Source of the DNA: an uncultured delta proteobacterium | Lineage (GTDB): Bacteria > Desulfobacterota > Binatia > UBA9968 | DNA length: 64,000 bases | Reading direction: 5' to 3' | NCBI GenBank assembly: GCA_963771465.1 | Contig: CAVYTU010000018.1 | Location: 96,001 to 160,000, forward strand | In this document: positions 18,060-27,906 of the stretch, piece by piece | How positions within the stretch are numbered: the first letter of the stretch is position 1 | How the letters are laid out: each line of letters starts with the position of its first letter | Made by a program: the position numbers and the translations under genes | The notes under the pieces: generated by a model | What the model was told of the DNA's origin: nothing | The model's input: only the letters and a program-made list of their open reading frames with translations | The model's database searches: none

Positions 18060-21000
18060 ATGCGGACACGAGAAAAAGTCGCTGTATTGCTCATACTCGC
18101 TACCCTGATTCTGGGTGGGCTAATCGCCTACTCTTTGCAGGGCAACGAGGTCGAATCAAATTTTGTCCGCTGGCAATATTGGCGCACGGTTGGTCAATTT
18201 CTGTCCTCCCCAATAACCTTTTTGTTTGGCGACGCTGCTGGCAGCGGTAAGGCCGTGCTTTACGGTGGCCTGGGCCTGTTTGGCCTGGTCGTCATGATCG
18301 TGCTGCTTAAATTGTTCCGCGACGGCGAACTCGTGGCGTTACGACAGCACCTGAGAACCTTGATGTCGGCCAAAAGTGAGGCCGAGAGCTTGCTGCAAGC
18401 GGAAATGTGGAAAGGCAAGCATGAGCGGCAGGCTAAAGACAGCGCCATGCAAGATCTCGAGTCCAGTATCGAGCGGATCGAGCTGTTACTCAGTGATCTT
18501 GGCGAGAAGGAGCAGCTGTTAAAAACCCGCGAGTCTGAGTTGATGGCTCTCAGAACGGCTGAGATGGCACGGCCGGACGCCGGAGCGGCAAGCGGTCAAT
18601 CCGCGGATCGATTACTGAAGGACGAGCTTAGGAAAAAGAACGAGTATGTTCAGGCGAAGGATGCCGCCATCAAGGAGCTCGAACAGCGGTTACGTTCTAA
18701 AACTTCGCTCTGGGAAAGTCAGTTGCGGCAGAAAGATCTGCTGATCAAGGCCCAGAGCGGCGAATTCGAGCAATTGCGATCCCAAGCCATCGACCTAAGC
18801 GCGCAGCTGCGCGAGATCGAAGGCGCCAAGAAGCGCGCTGAGGATCTACTCGAAGACGAGCTGAAAAAGAAAAAGCAAATACTCGAAGCCAGTGAGTCAG
18901 CCAGCAAAGCTGAGGAGAACCGCCTCAGCGAGAAAATTCGCGCGTTGGAAGTTCAAGCCGCGGATCGCGAGCGTGTGGTAAAAGGACGAGAATCGGATCT
19001 CGCGAATCTTCGTCATCAACTCGCCGACCTCAACGCCGGCAAGCAAAGCGCGGAGCGTGCGCTCCAGGAACAGCTTGAACAGGCGGAAAGAGACCGGCAG
19101 GATGGCGCCGGCATCGCCAAAGAGCTCGAACATCGGCTGACTGCGAGTCTTCAGGCCCTGAACTCTGAGGTTGAGGAGAAGAGTCAGCTGATTCAAGCGC
19201 GCGACGGTGAAATCAACGCGCTCCGTTCGGAACTTAAGGTGGTCGCGGCGCGATTGAACGAGAAATCGAATGCCCAAGGACATACCGAAGAACTTTTGCG
19301 CGACGAGCTGCGGCAGGAAAAGCAGCGCAGCGACGATCGCGATGCGGCGAATCGAGAGTTGCAGGAGCGCTTCAACAAGGAAGCGACAAACTGGGAAAAA
19401 CAACTCAGTCAGTTACGGGATGCGTTGCAGGGGCGTGAAGGCGAGCTTAAAGCAGTCAAGACTCAAGTTACGACTATGACCGGTCAATTGCACGAGGCGG
19501 TAGCTGCCAAAGTGCATGTTGAAGAATCGTTGAATGAGCATCTTCGTAGAGACAAGCAGCAGCGCGAAAACCGGGACGGCGCCATTCGCGAACTAGAAGA
19601 ACGTTACGGTAACGAGCTCAAAGCCTTGGGAGCCCAACTCGGCGAGAAAGATGAATCTCTTAAGATTCGCGATAGCGAGCTACGGGCGCTGCGGAATCAA
19701 GTTAAGTCCCTTGCCGAGCAGTTGAGCAAAGTCGAGTCAGCCAAGGAACGCGCCGCGGCGCTGCTCCAAGATAAGATTAAAAACGAAAAGCAACTCAAGG
19801 CGTCGAGCGATTCGGCGCAACGCGAGTTAGAGCAAAAATATAAAGTCAAAATCGCTGCTCTGGAGCTGCAGCTCGGTGAAAAATTACAATCCGTGGGCAG
19901 CCGTGATTCGCAAGTCATGGCGCTCAAGTCTGAATTGACCGCGGCAAACCGGCGTATGAGCGAACTCACCGCGGCTAGAGAAAAGGCCGAGAGCCTGTTT
20001 CAAGAAGCCGTGCGCGAAAAGGCCGATCTCGCGGTAGCGAAAGACACTGCGGTCAATGAACTCGAAGAAAGTTTTAGCGGTAAGATTCTCGCGTTTGAAA
20101 ACGCACTCAATGAGAAAGCGCTGCAGCTCAAGGGTCGTGAGGCCGAGTTAGCGGCTTTCAAGAATCAAGTCGCTGAACTGAGTGCGTCGAAAGAGCAGAC
20201 CACAAAAGAGCTCCAAGAAGAACTGCGCAAGCGCAATGAACTGCTGCAAGAGAAGGAGGCCGACGCAAAAGCGCTGGAGACACGCTCCGCCGAGAAAGTC
20301 CGCGCTCTCGAAGGCGAACTCGGTGCGCGCCAGGAATTGCTCGGCAGCCGCGAGACCGAACTGGCGGCGCTGGCGGCGAAGGTCGCCGATCTTACGAGTC
20401 AGCTCAACGATGAGAATACAGCCAAAGATCAGTCCACACGGTCGCTGCACGAAGAGCTGCGCAAGCGAAACGCCTTGCTTCAGGAGAAAGACGCCGCGGC
20501 AAAAAGTCTGGAGGCGCGCTTTACCGACAATATCCGTTCCCTGGAGCGGGAGGTGAAACAGCGCCAGGAGCTGCTCACCGGGCGGGAAACTGAATTGGCG
20601 GCGCTGACGCCGAAGATCACCAGCTTGACTGCGCAGCTCGCGGACGCAGGTGCTTTGAACGATCAAGCAGCGCGACGTCTCCGCGAAGATATCAAGAAGA
20701 AGAATGATCTGCTGCTGTCCAAAGAAGCCGCTATGAAAGGGATCGAGCAGCGTTTGACTGGCACGGTTCGGTCCCTGGAAAGTCAGCTCAATGAAAAGCA
20801 AGAGCTTCTGAGCACCCGAGAGCTGGAGCTTGAAGCGCTCATGTCGAAGGTCAGCACTCTTGCCGGACAAGTCGGCGAACTGGAGGCAGCGCGCGAGCGT
20901 TCGGAACGATTGCTCCAAGAAGAGGTGCGAGAAAAATCGGCGCTCTTGGAGGCCAAGGAGTCGTCCATCGGCGATATCGAAGAACGTTTGAGCGGAAGAG

Positions 21001-21434
21001 TTAAGATGCTCGAACGTCAACTGAGCGAGAAACAACAACTGTTGGAATCGGGCGGCAGCGAGCTGGGCGAGACGCGCGAGCGGATGCTCGCCATGGGCGA
21101 ACGGCTTAAGGAACTCGAGACCGCCAAGACTGAACTTGAGGACTTGCTGAGCGAAGAACGACAGAAAAACGATAAGGCTCTCATGGTCCTGAAAACCAAA
21201 GACGAAGGTTTCGGGGAAGATGCCAACGGTCATTCGAATGGCTTGGAGAGTCTTATCAGTGAACGGGACGAGCTGGTCAAGGCTCGCGACAAGTTGATCA
21301 CGAATCTAATGACCGAGCTCAAGGAAAAGAAAACCCAGCTGGCGCGCCATGAGATCGAAGTATGGCAAGGCATCGAACGGCGCGGTGTGTGGAAAAATCG
21401 CCTTTCGAAAATCGGCATTCGCCTCAAGGATTGA
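18060..21434 (+). CDS. Large membrane-anchored coiled-coil protein with 78-aa internal repeats
   Basis: Two N-terminal hydrophobic segments, then about 1000 aa rich in E/K/L/Q/R with heptad pattern; no Walker A motif or hinge domain. Confidence 0.88.
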   Translation: MRTREKVAVLLILATLILGGLIAYSLQGNEVESNFVRWQYWRTVGQFLSSPITFLFGDAAGSGKAVLYGGLGLFGLVVMIVLLKLFRDGELVALRQHLRTLMSAKSEAESLLQAEMWKGKHERQAKDSAMQDLESSIERIELLLSDLGEKEQLLKTRESELMALRTAEMARPDAGAASGQSADRLLKDELRKKNEYVQAKDAAIKELEQRLRSKTSLWESQLRQKDLLIKAQSGEFEQLRSQAIDLSAQLREIEGAKKRAEDLLEDELKKKKQILEASESASKAEENRLSEKIRALEVQAADRERVVKGRESDLANLRHQLADLNAGKQSAERALQEQLEQAERDRQDGAGIAKELEHRLTASLQALNSEVEEKSQLIQARDGEINALRSELKVVAARLNEKSNAQGHTEELLRDELRQEKQRSDDRDAANRELQERFNKEATNWEKQLSQLRDALQGREGELKAVKTQVTTMTGQLHEAVAAKVHVEESLNEHLRRDKQQRENRDGAIRELEERYGNELKALGAQLGEKDESLKIRDSELRALRNQVKSLAEQLSKVESAKERAAALLQDKIKNEKQLKASSDSAQRELEQKYKVKIAALELQLGEKLQSVGSRDSQVMALKSELTAANRRMSELTAAREKAESLFQEAVREKADLAVAKDTAVNELEESFSGKILAFENALNEKALQLKGREAELAAFKNQVAELSASKEQTTKELQEELRKRNELLQEKEADAKALETRSAEKVRALEGELGARQELLGSRETELAALAAKVADLTSQLNDENTAKDQSTRSLHEELRKRNALLQEKDAAAKSLEARFTDNIRSLEREVKQRQELLTGRETELAALTPKITSLTAQLADAGALNDQAARRLREDIKKKNDLLLSKEAAMKGIEQRLTGTVRSLESQLNEKQELLSTRELELEALMSKVSTLAGQVGELEAARERSERLLQEEVREKSALLEAKESSIGDIEERLSGRVKMLERQLSEKQQLLESGGSELGETRERMLAMGERLKELETAKTELEDLLSEERQKNDKALMVLKTKDEGFGEDANGHSNGLESLISERDELVKARDKLITNLMTELKEKKTQLARHEIEVWQGIERRGVWKNRLSKIGIRLKD
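18621..21153 (+). repeat. Intragenic repeat array, 11 units of 234 bp (two units 213 bp)
   Basis: Equivalent motifs ([DE]ELRKK-like) start at 18621, 18855, 19068, 19302, 19536, 19770, 20004, 20217, 20451, 20685, 20919 and 21153. Confidence 0.8.
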
Positions 21435-21492
21435 ACGGCTTTACAACTGTGTTGAACGCGATTGACTGCCGTTAATCGTGCTCCGTGCTTAT

Positions 21493-22047
21493 TTATTTTT
21501 TCCCGTACAGGCTGTCGGTATAGCCGCTCCTGTCGAATTCTTCGACGAAGCGCGCATCGATGAAATCACTCGGCTTGGCCGCTCTGGCCTTGGAGTCTTT
21601 GAGCGCGAGCTCGTCGAGTATGGTTTTGACTCCCTCCGGGCTGGGATACTGTTTAGCCGGCAATTCCTTTTCGTCGATGGAACTCTCATAGGGTTCGTTG
21701 TAAGAGCTCCTTGTCCTCCAAGCAGATATTTTGCCGCTATCTTCAAACCCAAAGCGCGATCGGTCTTGAGGCGGTGTACGGCTTCAATGTAGAACTTTAC
21801 GAAGTTGCGCACGACGAGAGGATGCTCGCGCAAAAACTTCTTGGTCGTGACGCCGCCTTGATGCTGGTAAGCCAAACCCAAAGCGGCGACATCGGCGAGC
21901 AGATGAAATCTGCGCATAGAACATCGCCGGTGGCACCAACGTGCTGGCGGAAACCCGGCGCGCCTGCCGTGCTTGGGCCTAACACCTGGAAAAGATGTAA
22001 CCATCGTCCAAACCGGGAGCACCCCCGAACGCATGGCCGCGCTGGAG
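21493..22047 (-). pseudogene. Degraded NMT1/SsuA-type substrate-binding protein (C-terminal half) with an inverted internal segment
   Basis: Minus strand, over several frames: VSASTLVPPAMFYAQ / FHLLADVAALGLAYQHQGGVTTKKFL / YPSPEGVKTILDEL...FIDARFVEEFDRSGYTDSLYGKK. Plus strand 21960-22047: LGLTPGKDVTIVQTGSTPERMAALE. Confidence 0.8.
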
Positions 22048-22093
22048 ATAAATTATTTCTCATTCAATCAATGCTCCAATCGATGGGCGGACA

Positions 22094-22135
22094 GAAAATC
22101 AGAAGTCAGCGGTCAGAAGTCAGAGGTCGAAAGTG
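22094..22135. repeat. 7-bp tandem repeat (AGAAGTC type), copy 1
   Basis: agaagtc-agcggtc-agaagtc-agaggtc-gaaagtg. Confidence 0.7.
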
Positions 22136-22149
22136 AGCGAAGGGTTTGG

Positions 22150-22764
22150 TTATTTGAGTAAGTAGCTCGCCGATTGCGCGATGCGCAGGATGCTGATGCC
22201 TTCGCTGTCTTCGACGTATCGAATGAAGCGATATTTATTTTCCAGCTCGTCGTATTTGAGCGGCGGCGCTTCGGCCCGGCCGGCTTCGATGCTGGCGCAG
22301 ATAAAATGCGGACCGGCGGTTTGCAAGGCGTGCTGGACGGCGTCTCTCAGTTCCTCGACCGAATTCGCCGTGCGCGAGCTTTTGATGCCGGCGTTGAGCG
22401 CGATGCCGGCAAAGTTAATATTGCCGGCCGTCGCCACTGTCGGTTCGCCGCCGGAAGATTCGTATTGTTTGTTGTCCCAGCAGATGTGGATGAGATTTTT
22501 CGGCTGGTGCAGACCGATGGTTGCCAGCGAGCCCAAATTCATCCACAACGCGCCGTCGCCGTCGAACACGAAAACTTTGCGTTTCGGCAAAGCCAGCGCC
22601 AGGCCGAGACCGATAGACGAACAAAGGCCGAGGGTTTTAACTTGGATGTTGCCGTCGCTCGGCCTGACGGCATTCCATTCATTGGTCGCGCCGCCGGCGG
22701 TGGTGACGAACAGTTCGTCTTTGATCAGCGGCGCGATCGCTTGCAGGCATTCAAATCGTTTCAT
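22150..22764 (-). CDS. ThDP-dependent decarboxylase beta subunit (sulfopyruvate/phosphonopyruvate decarboxylase, ComE-like)
   Basis: GDGALWMNLGSL...WDNKQYESSGG ThDP-binding motif. Confidence 0.85.
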   Translation of the reverse strand: MKRFECLQAIAPLIKDELFVTTAGGATNEWNAVRPSDGNIQVKTLGLCSSIGLGLALALPKRKVFVFDGDGALWMNLGSLATIGLHQPKNLIHICWDNKQYESSGGEPTVATAGNINFAGIALNAGIKSSRTANSVEELRDAVQHALQTAGPHFICASIEAGRAEAPPLKYDELENKYRFIRYVEDSEGISILRIAQSASYLLK

Positions 22765-22776
22765 AGGGGTTCCCGA

Positions 22777-23271
22777 TTACAGCACGGCGCGGGTCAGTAA
22801 GAGCGCCACCGGACGCTTCGATGTGCTCGCCAAGGTCACGGCGCCGGCGATGTCCTGCTTCACTTTAGCCGGGTCGCGCATGACGACGTGTTTAATGCCC
22901 AAACCTGCCAATACCGGTTCGGTGACCAGGCCGACCATGTGAAAGCCATTGTCGCCGATATCGCCGGCGTAATAGATCAGCAGCAGCACGGGAATGCCAA
23001 ATTGTAGCGCGGTGGTGGTAAGACCATTGCAGCTGTTTAATAGGCCGCCGTTCTGCATCAACATCGCCGGTTTTTTTCCGCCTAGGTGTGCGCCGGCGCA
23101 GACGCCAATGCCTTCCTCTTCGCGGCCCACCGGAACGTGCGCGATCTCTTTATCTTCGTAAAGCAGATTGATCAGTTGCAGCATGTTGATGTCGGGAACA
23201 CTGGCGACCAGATCGATGCCCGCTGCTTTGAGCCCGGCGATAATATTTTGCGCTCCGTCGATCGTGCCCAT
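22777..23271 (-). CDS. ThDP-dependent decarboxylase alpha subunit (ComD-like)
   Basis: SVPD, REEEGIGVCAGAHLGG, LMQNGGL; adjacent to the beta subunit. Confidence 0.85.
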   Translation of the reverse strand: MGTIDGAQNIIAGLKAAGIDLVASVPDINMLQLINLLYEDKEIAHVPVGREEEGIGVCAGAHLGGKKPAMLMQNGGLLNSCNGLTTTALQFGIPVLLLIYYAGDIGDNGFHMVGLVTEPVLAGLGIKHVVMRDPAKVKQDIAGAVTLASTSKRPVALLLTRAVL

Positions 23272-23419
23272 GAATGTTGAACCTCGGCTCTCTTCTAGAG
23301 AACCGCACCGGCGGTGTCAAGGTTTGGCGCTGAAAAGATTGACACTTAGCGGCCGATTCTGTTAGCAGAGAGTGCGTCCAACGAGCGGAGTGCAGCAAAT
23401 TTTTTTTGAGTGAGGAAAT

Positions 23420-24385
23420 ATGCTTAAGCACGGCTTTAGAAGATTGGTTTTCATGGTTGCGTCTGCGATTTTCATTGCACCATTGCCCGGCGCGGAATAT
23501 CCCAACAAGACCATCCAGATTATCAATCCATTTCCACCGGGCGCGGTGACCGATATCGTCGCGCGTCTGTTGGCGCCGAAACTTGCGGCAAATCTCGGTC
23601 AGCAAGTGGTCATCGTCAACAAAGCCGGCGGCGGCGGTGCCGTGGGCCTTCAAGCGGCTAAAGACGCCGCGCCGGACGGCTATACGATTCTCGTCACACC
23701 GCCGCCCATCGTGCTGATTCCGATCGTCAACAAAAACTCGACCTTCACCGTGAAAGATTTCGTGCCGCTCAACTTGGCGACCACGAGCCCGAATACCACC
23801 GTGGTCAAAAGCGACGCGCCGTGGAAAAGCTTCGAGGAGTTGATCGCCGAGGCAAAGAAATCTCCCGGGCAGCTCACCTATGGTACTGCCGGTCCCGGCA
23901 CTACGCCGCATTTCATTGGCGAGCTGGTAAAGTTGAAAACCGGCATTGACATGACCCATGTGCCGCTGGGCTCGGAGTCGGCAGCGGCCACCGCCGTGTT
24001 GGGCGGACATGTTAACGTGGCGTTTTTAACTTTGGGCACGACCCGGAGCCACGTCGAAGCCGGCACTATGCGCGCGCTCGCGGTGGCGTCCAGCCGGCGG
24101 CTGAAAGATTTTCCCAATGTGCCGACGACGGTGGAAAAGGGTCATCCTGAGCTTAACTTGAAAGTCTGGGTTGGTTTCTTCGCGCCGGCAAAGACGCCCG
24201 CGGCAGTGGCAAAAAGACTCGCCGCGGCGATTGGCGACAGCTTAAAAGATCCGGAAGTCGCGGCGAATATCGAGAAGGCACAGGCGCTGATCGAAAACCT
24301 CGATGCCAACGAGTTCGGCAAATTTCTCAATGAGGAAGAGAAAAAGTGGTCCGAGGTGGCGCGGGCGGCCAAGATCGCGCAGTAG
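23420..24385 (+). CDS. tctC: Tripartite tricarboxylate transporter substrate-binding protein (Bug/TctC)
   Basis: YPNKTIQIINPFPPGAVTD, NKAGGGG, APDGYT, PNVPT. Confidence 0.9.
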   Translation: MLKHGFRRLVFMVASAIFIAPLPGAEYPNKTIQIINPFPPGAVTDIVARLLAPKLAANLGQQVVIVNKAGGGGAVGLQAAKDAAPDGYTILVTPPPIVLIPIVNKNSTFTVKDFVPLNLATTSPNTTVVKSDAPWKSFEELIAEAKKSPGQLTYGTAGPGTTPHFIGELVKLKTGIDMTHVPLGSESAAATAVLGGHVNVAFLTLGTTRSHVEAGTMRALAVASSRRLKDFPNVPTTVEKGHPELNLKVWVGFFAPAKTPAAVAKRLAAAIGDSLKDPEVAANIEKAQALIENLDANEFGKFLNEEEKKWSEVARAAKIAQ

Positions 24386-24408
24386 CCGACTTTCGAACAA
24401 AAATACGC

Positions 24409-24480
24409 TCACCACGAAGATCACCCACGACACGAAAGTTCAGATGATCAATACTCCGAACTTCGCGTCTTTCGTGATGA
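24409..24480. repeat. Palindromic element with CACGAAG arms, copy 2 (degenerate)
   Basis: tcaccacgaagatcacccacgacacgaaagttc...gaacttcgcgtctttcgtgatga, between tctC and tctB. Confidence 0.75.
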
Positions 24481-24546
24481 AACTCTTTAATCGATTGTGG
24501 CTCAGCCGCGCACTGCCAATTCACCACAGCCACATTCTTTATTGAC

Positions 24547-25002
24547 ATGAGACGGGCAAATATCACTGTCGCGCTGGTGTTTGTCAGCGTCTCGATATTT
24601 TTATTGTTTGCGGCGGGCCGGTTTAACTTTGGCACACTGCGGGTGCCGCAGACCGGGTTCTTTCCAAAGACGCTGGGCATTCTCTTGTTGCTGTTGTCGC
24701 TGGTGTTGCTCGTGCAAGCGCTGCGCCAGAAAGCGGTCGAGCCGGGCGGAGTGAAAATTGCGACCGAGGGCTGGATTAGAATCGCTTCAACTCTGGCGAC
24801 CATGATCGGCTTCGCTCTCGTGCTTGAGTGGCTGGGCTTTTTGCTCAGCACGTTTGTGCTCATGGTTCTCCTGCTACGCGCCATCGAAGCGCCGCGCTGG
24901 TCGAAGGTGTTCACCGTGGCGTTGGTGACGGCGCTCGCTTCCTATGGTCTGTTCGCGTGGCTGCTCGGTGTGGCGCTTCCCGCCGGCATCTTAGGATTCT
25001 AA
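24547..25002 (+). CDS. tctB: Tripartite tricarboxylate transporter TctB
   Basis: Four TM segments; GFFPKTLG, LGF, LGVALPAG. Confidence 0.87.
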   Translation: MRRANITVALVFVSVSIFLLFAAGRFNFGTLRVPQTGFFPKTLGILLLLLSLVLLVQALRQKAVEPGGVKIATEGWIRIASTLATMIGFALVLEWLGFLLSTFVLMVLLLRAIEAPRWSKVFTVALVTALASYGLFAWLLGVALPAGILGF

Positions 25003-25003
25003 A

Positions 25004-26494
25004 TTGGATATTCTCACCAACGTCGCGCTTGGTTTCTCGGTGGCGCTCACGCCGACGAATTTATTGTTCTGCTTTCTCGGCTCGCTGGTCGGAACCTTGG
25101 TCGGCGTTCTGCCGGGCTTGGGTCCAGTCGGCGCCGTGGCGTTTCTCCTTTCGCTGACTTTTAAGATGGAGCCGGCGAGCGCGATCATCATGCTCGCGGG
25201 AATTTACTATGGCGCGATGTACGGCGGCTCGACGACGTCGATCCTGGTCAATATTCCCGGCGAGACCGCGTCGGTCGTCACCTGTCTCGACGGCTACCGG
25301 ATGGCGCGCCAAGGACGAGCCGGCGCGGCGCTGGGCATCTCCGCGTTCGGCTCGTTCATCGCCGGCACAGTGGGCGTCATTGGCTTGATGTTTCTGGCGC
25401 CGCTACTCGGTCGCGCGGCGCTGAGCTTTGGCCCGCCGGAATATTTCGCTCTTACTCTGGCGGGACTGACGTTGGTTGCCTATCTATCACAAGGCTCGAT
25501 GATCAAAGCGTTGATCATGGCGCTACTCGGTTTGCTGTGCGGCACGGTCGGCATGGACCCGATCTCCGGCGAACAGCGCTTCACCTACTCGACGCTGACG
25601 TTGAGCGACGGCTTCGGACTCGTGCCGGTAGCGATGGGGCTGTTCGGTATCGCTGAAGTCTTGGAGAACTTGGCGGTGCTCAGCACGCAGTCGGTTTACC
25701 AGGCCAAGATTCACGGCCTGCTACCCAACCGCCAAGATTGGCGCGACAGCGCCGCGCCGATCGCCCGCGGCTCGGCCCTGGGTTTCTTTCTCGGCATTCT
25801 TCCCGGGCCGGGGCCGGTGATCGCGTCCTTCGTTGCTTACGCCATGGAAAAACGGTTGTCGCGCTACCCGGAAAAATTCGGCACCGGCGTCATCGAAGGC
25901 GTCGCCGGTCCGGAGGCGGCGAATAATGCCGCCACCGCCGGTTCGTTCATACCTTTGCTTTCGCTCGGCATTCCCACGAGCGCGATCATGGCGCTGTTCA
26001 TGGGCGCGCTGATGATCCACGGCATCCAGCCCGGCCCGCTGTTTATCGCCAAGTATCCCGAACTTTTTTGGGGCTTCATCGCCAGCATGTACGTCGGCAA
26101 CGTCATGTTGCTGGTCTTGAATCTGCCGCTGATCGGCATGTGGGTGCGTTTGCTGAAGACGCCTTATGTGATTCTTTTTCCGTTGATCTTGCTCTTCTGT
26201 CTGATCGGCGTTTATAGCCTCAACGCCAACGTTGTCGAGATCATCCTCATGCTAGCGTTCGGCGTGGCCGGTTTCTTTTTACGCCGAGTCGGCTTCGAAG
26301 GCGCGCCCTTTATCCTCGCCATGGTGCTCGGTCCGATCATGGAAACTTCATTGCGCCAATCGCTCCTGATTTCGCGCGGCAACTTCATGATCTTTGTCAA
26401 TCGGCCGATCTGCGCCGTGCTAATGGTATTGACCGCGGCGTTTCTGCTTTGGCCGATATTCACGCGGCAGAGAAAAGACGATCGGATGACATGA
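25004..26494 (+). CDS. tctA: Tripartite tricarboxylate transporter permease TctA
   Basis: GTLVGVLPGLG, IYYGAMYGGSTTSIL, GPEAANNA. Confidence 0.93.
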   Translation: MDILTNVALGFSVALTPTNLLFCFLGSLVGTLVGVLPGLGPVGAVAFLLSLTFKMEPASAIIMLAGIYYGAMYGGSTTSILVNIPGETASVVTCLDGYRMARQGRAGAALGISAFGSFIAGTVGVIGLMFLAPLLGRAALSFGPPEYFALTLAGLTLVAYLSQGSMIKALIMALLGLLCGTVGMDPISGEQRFTYSTLTLSDGFGLVPVAMGLFGIAEVLENLAVLSTQSVYQAKIHGLLPNRQDWRDSAAPIARGSALGFFLGILPGPGPVIASFVAYAMEKRLSRYPEKFGTGVIEGVAGPEAANNAATAGSFIPLLSLGIPTSAIMALFMGALMIHGIQPGPLFIAKYPELFWGFIASMYVGNVMLLVLNLPLIGMWVRLLKTPYVILFPLILLFCLIGVYSLNANVVEIILMLAFGVAGFFLRRVGFEGAPFILAMVLGPIMETSLRQSLLISRGNFMIFVNRPICAVLMVLTAAFLLWPIFTRQRKDDRMT

Positions 26495-26521
26495 CCGCAA
26501 AGCGCGGTTGGTTGTAGCCTT

Positions 26522-27760
26522 TCAATCCTTCTTCGCGCGTTGAATTTGAAACCGACGCACTTGCGGGAACCACGCTATGACCAGGCCGACGATCGCCAAA
26601 GTCGCCAAGCCGCCGGTGAGCGCCGAAAGCTTCGTGCCGATCCAGGCGGCCACCACGCCGCTCTCGAACTGCCCGAGCTGGGGGCCGCTGCTGGTAAAGA
26701 TGCTGTTGATCGACGACATGCGACCGCGCAGCGCATCCGGGGTGCTCAACTGATTGGCGGTGGAGCGCAGAATTGAACTGATCGTATCGCCGGCGCCGCA
26801 TAGCGCGAGCATCAACACGGAGAACCAAAAAATTTCCGAGCCGGCGAACAATATGGTGGCGACGCCGTAGATGGCGACGCCGATGAGGATCCACCGTCCG
26901 GTGCGCCGGATCGGCGGCAGCAAGGTCATCGCCACAGCGGCGACGAGCGAACCGACGGCGCGCGAGGCGTAGAGCAGGCCGAGGCCGCGCGGGCCGACTT
27001 GCAAAATGTCGCGCGCGTAAATCGGAAACAGACCACGCACGTTGCCGAAAAAAGTCGCGCCGAAATCGAGCACCATCAAGGGCAAAATCACGCCGTGACC
27101 GCGCACGAAGCGCAGGCCGTCACGCAAAGCGCTGAGGGACACACTGCGCCACCCGCCGCCCTCCGGTATGCTTGTTTTCAAGGACGCTAGCGCGCCGAGC
27201 ATGGCGAGCCAAGAGAGCGCATCGACCAAGTAACAGGCTGCCGGACCGTACAATGCGAGCACGATGCCGGCCAGCGACGGCCCGGCGATCACCGGGACGT
27301 AGCGTTGGGTTCCCTGGAGCGCCAAGGCTTGGGGCAACGCTTCGCGCGGCACCAAGTTCGGAATCATCGACTGGCGCGACGGTTGTTCCATCGAGGTGAA
27401 AAGCGCCAGGAAGACGGTGGCGACGTAAAGCATATGCGGCGATGCTCTGCCGGCGAATGTCAGCATGGCCAGCGCGGCGGAGACACAACACAGACCGCTC
27501 TGGGTGCACATCATGAGCTTACGCCGGTTGACCGCGTCGGCGAGCAAGCCGGCGAAGAGTAATAAAATAGTTTGCGGTATCGCCCGCGCCAGGCCGATCA
27601 TGCCGATCTGCAACGGCGAGTTGGTCAGCTCGTAAATCTGCCACGCCATCGCCACGGTGGTGAACTGGCTACCGATGCCGGATAACATCGAGCCGATCCA
27701 GAAAAGGCGAAAATCCCTATTGCGGAAGGGTGAAAAAGTGTCTCGGTCGGTGCTGCTCAC
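26522..27760 (-). CDS. MFS transporter (EntS/DHA3-like)
   Basis: FRNRDFRLFW, GLLADAVNRRKL, TPDALRGRMSS; about 12 TM segments. Confidence 0.9.
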   Translation of the reverse strand: MSSTDRDTFSPFRNRDFRLFWIGSMLSGIGSQFTTVAMAWQIYELTNSPLQIGMIGLARAIPQTILLLFAGLLADAVNRRKLMMCTQSGLCCVSAALAMLTFAGRASPHMLYVATVFLALFTSMEQPSRQSMIPNLVPREALPQALALQGTQRYVPVIAGPSLAGIVLALYGPAACYLVDALSWLAMLGALASLKTSIPEGGGWRSVSLSALRDGLRFVRGHGVILPLMVLDFGATFFGNVRGLFPIYARDILQVGPRGLGLLYASRAVGSLVAAVAMTLLPPIRRTGRWILIGVAIYGVATILFAGSEIFWFSVLMLALCGAGDTISSILRSTANQLSTPDALRGRMSSINSIFTSSGPQLGQFESGVVAAWIGTKLSALTGGLATLAIVGLVIAWFPQVRRFQIQRAKKD

Positions 27761-27906
27761 TTGACGGTCGGTTTCTAATCGCCGCGATTCGATCTAACGG
27801 TCGTCCCAGCGCTCGCTCGGCCAGTGGCTGGGGCCGTACTGCGAAATCGACGTGGAAAAGCAATTGTGCTTTTCCCATGAAAGTCTGAGTTTACGCTTGG
27901 GCGACG

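Noticed and set aside
18060-21434. SMC/SbcC chromosome segregation ATPase
   Set aside because: No Walker A/B, signature motif, hinge or zinc hook; it has N-terminal membrane helices instead.
21489-22034. 181-aa ORF as a real gene
   Set aside because: It is a chimera of antisense sequence and out-of-frame pieces of the binding-protein pseudogene.
1838-23271. Coenzyme M-dependent epoxide pathway (MetE-like EaCoMT plus ComDE)
   Set aside because: The genes are about 19 kb apart, with no alkene monooxygenase, comABC or 2-KPCC in the window; both families have other roles.
27794-27878. Small hairpin ggaaaagca-attg-tgcttttcc and short peptide-like remnant
   Set aside because: Too short to assign as a terminator, sRNA or gene.
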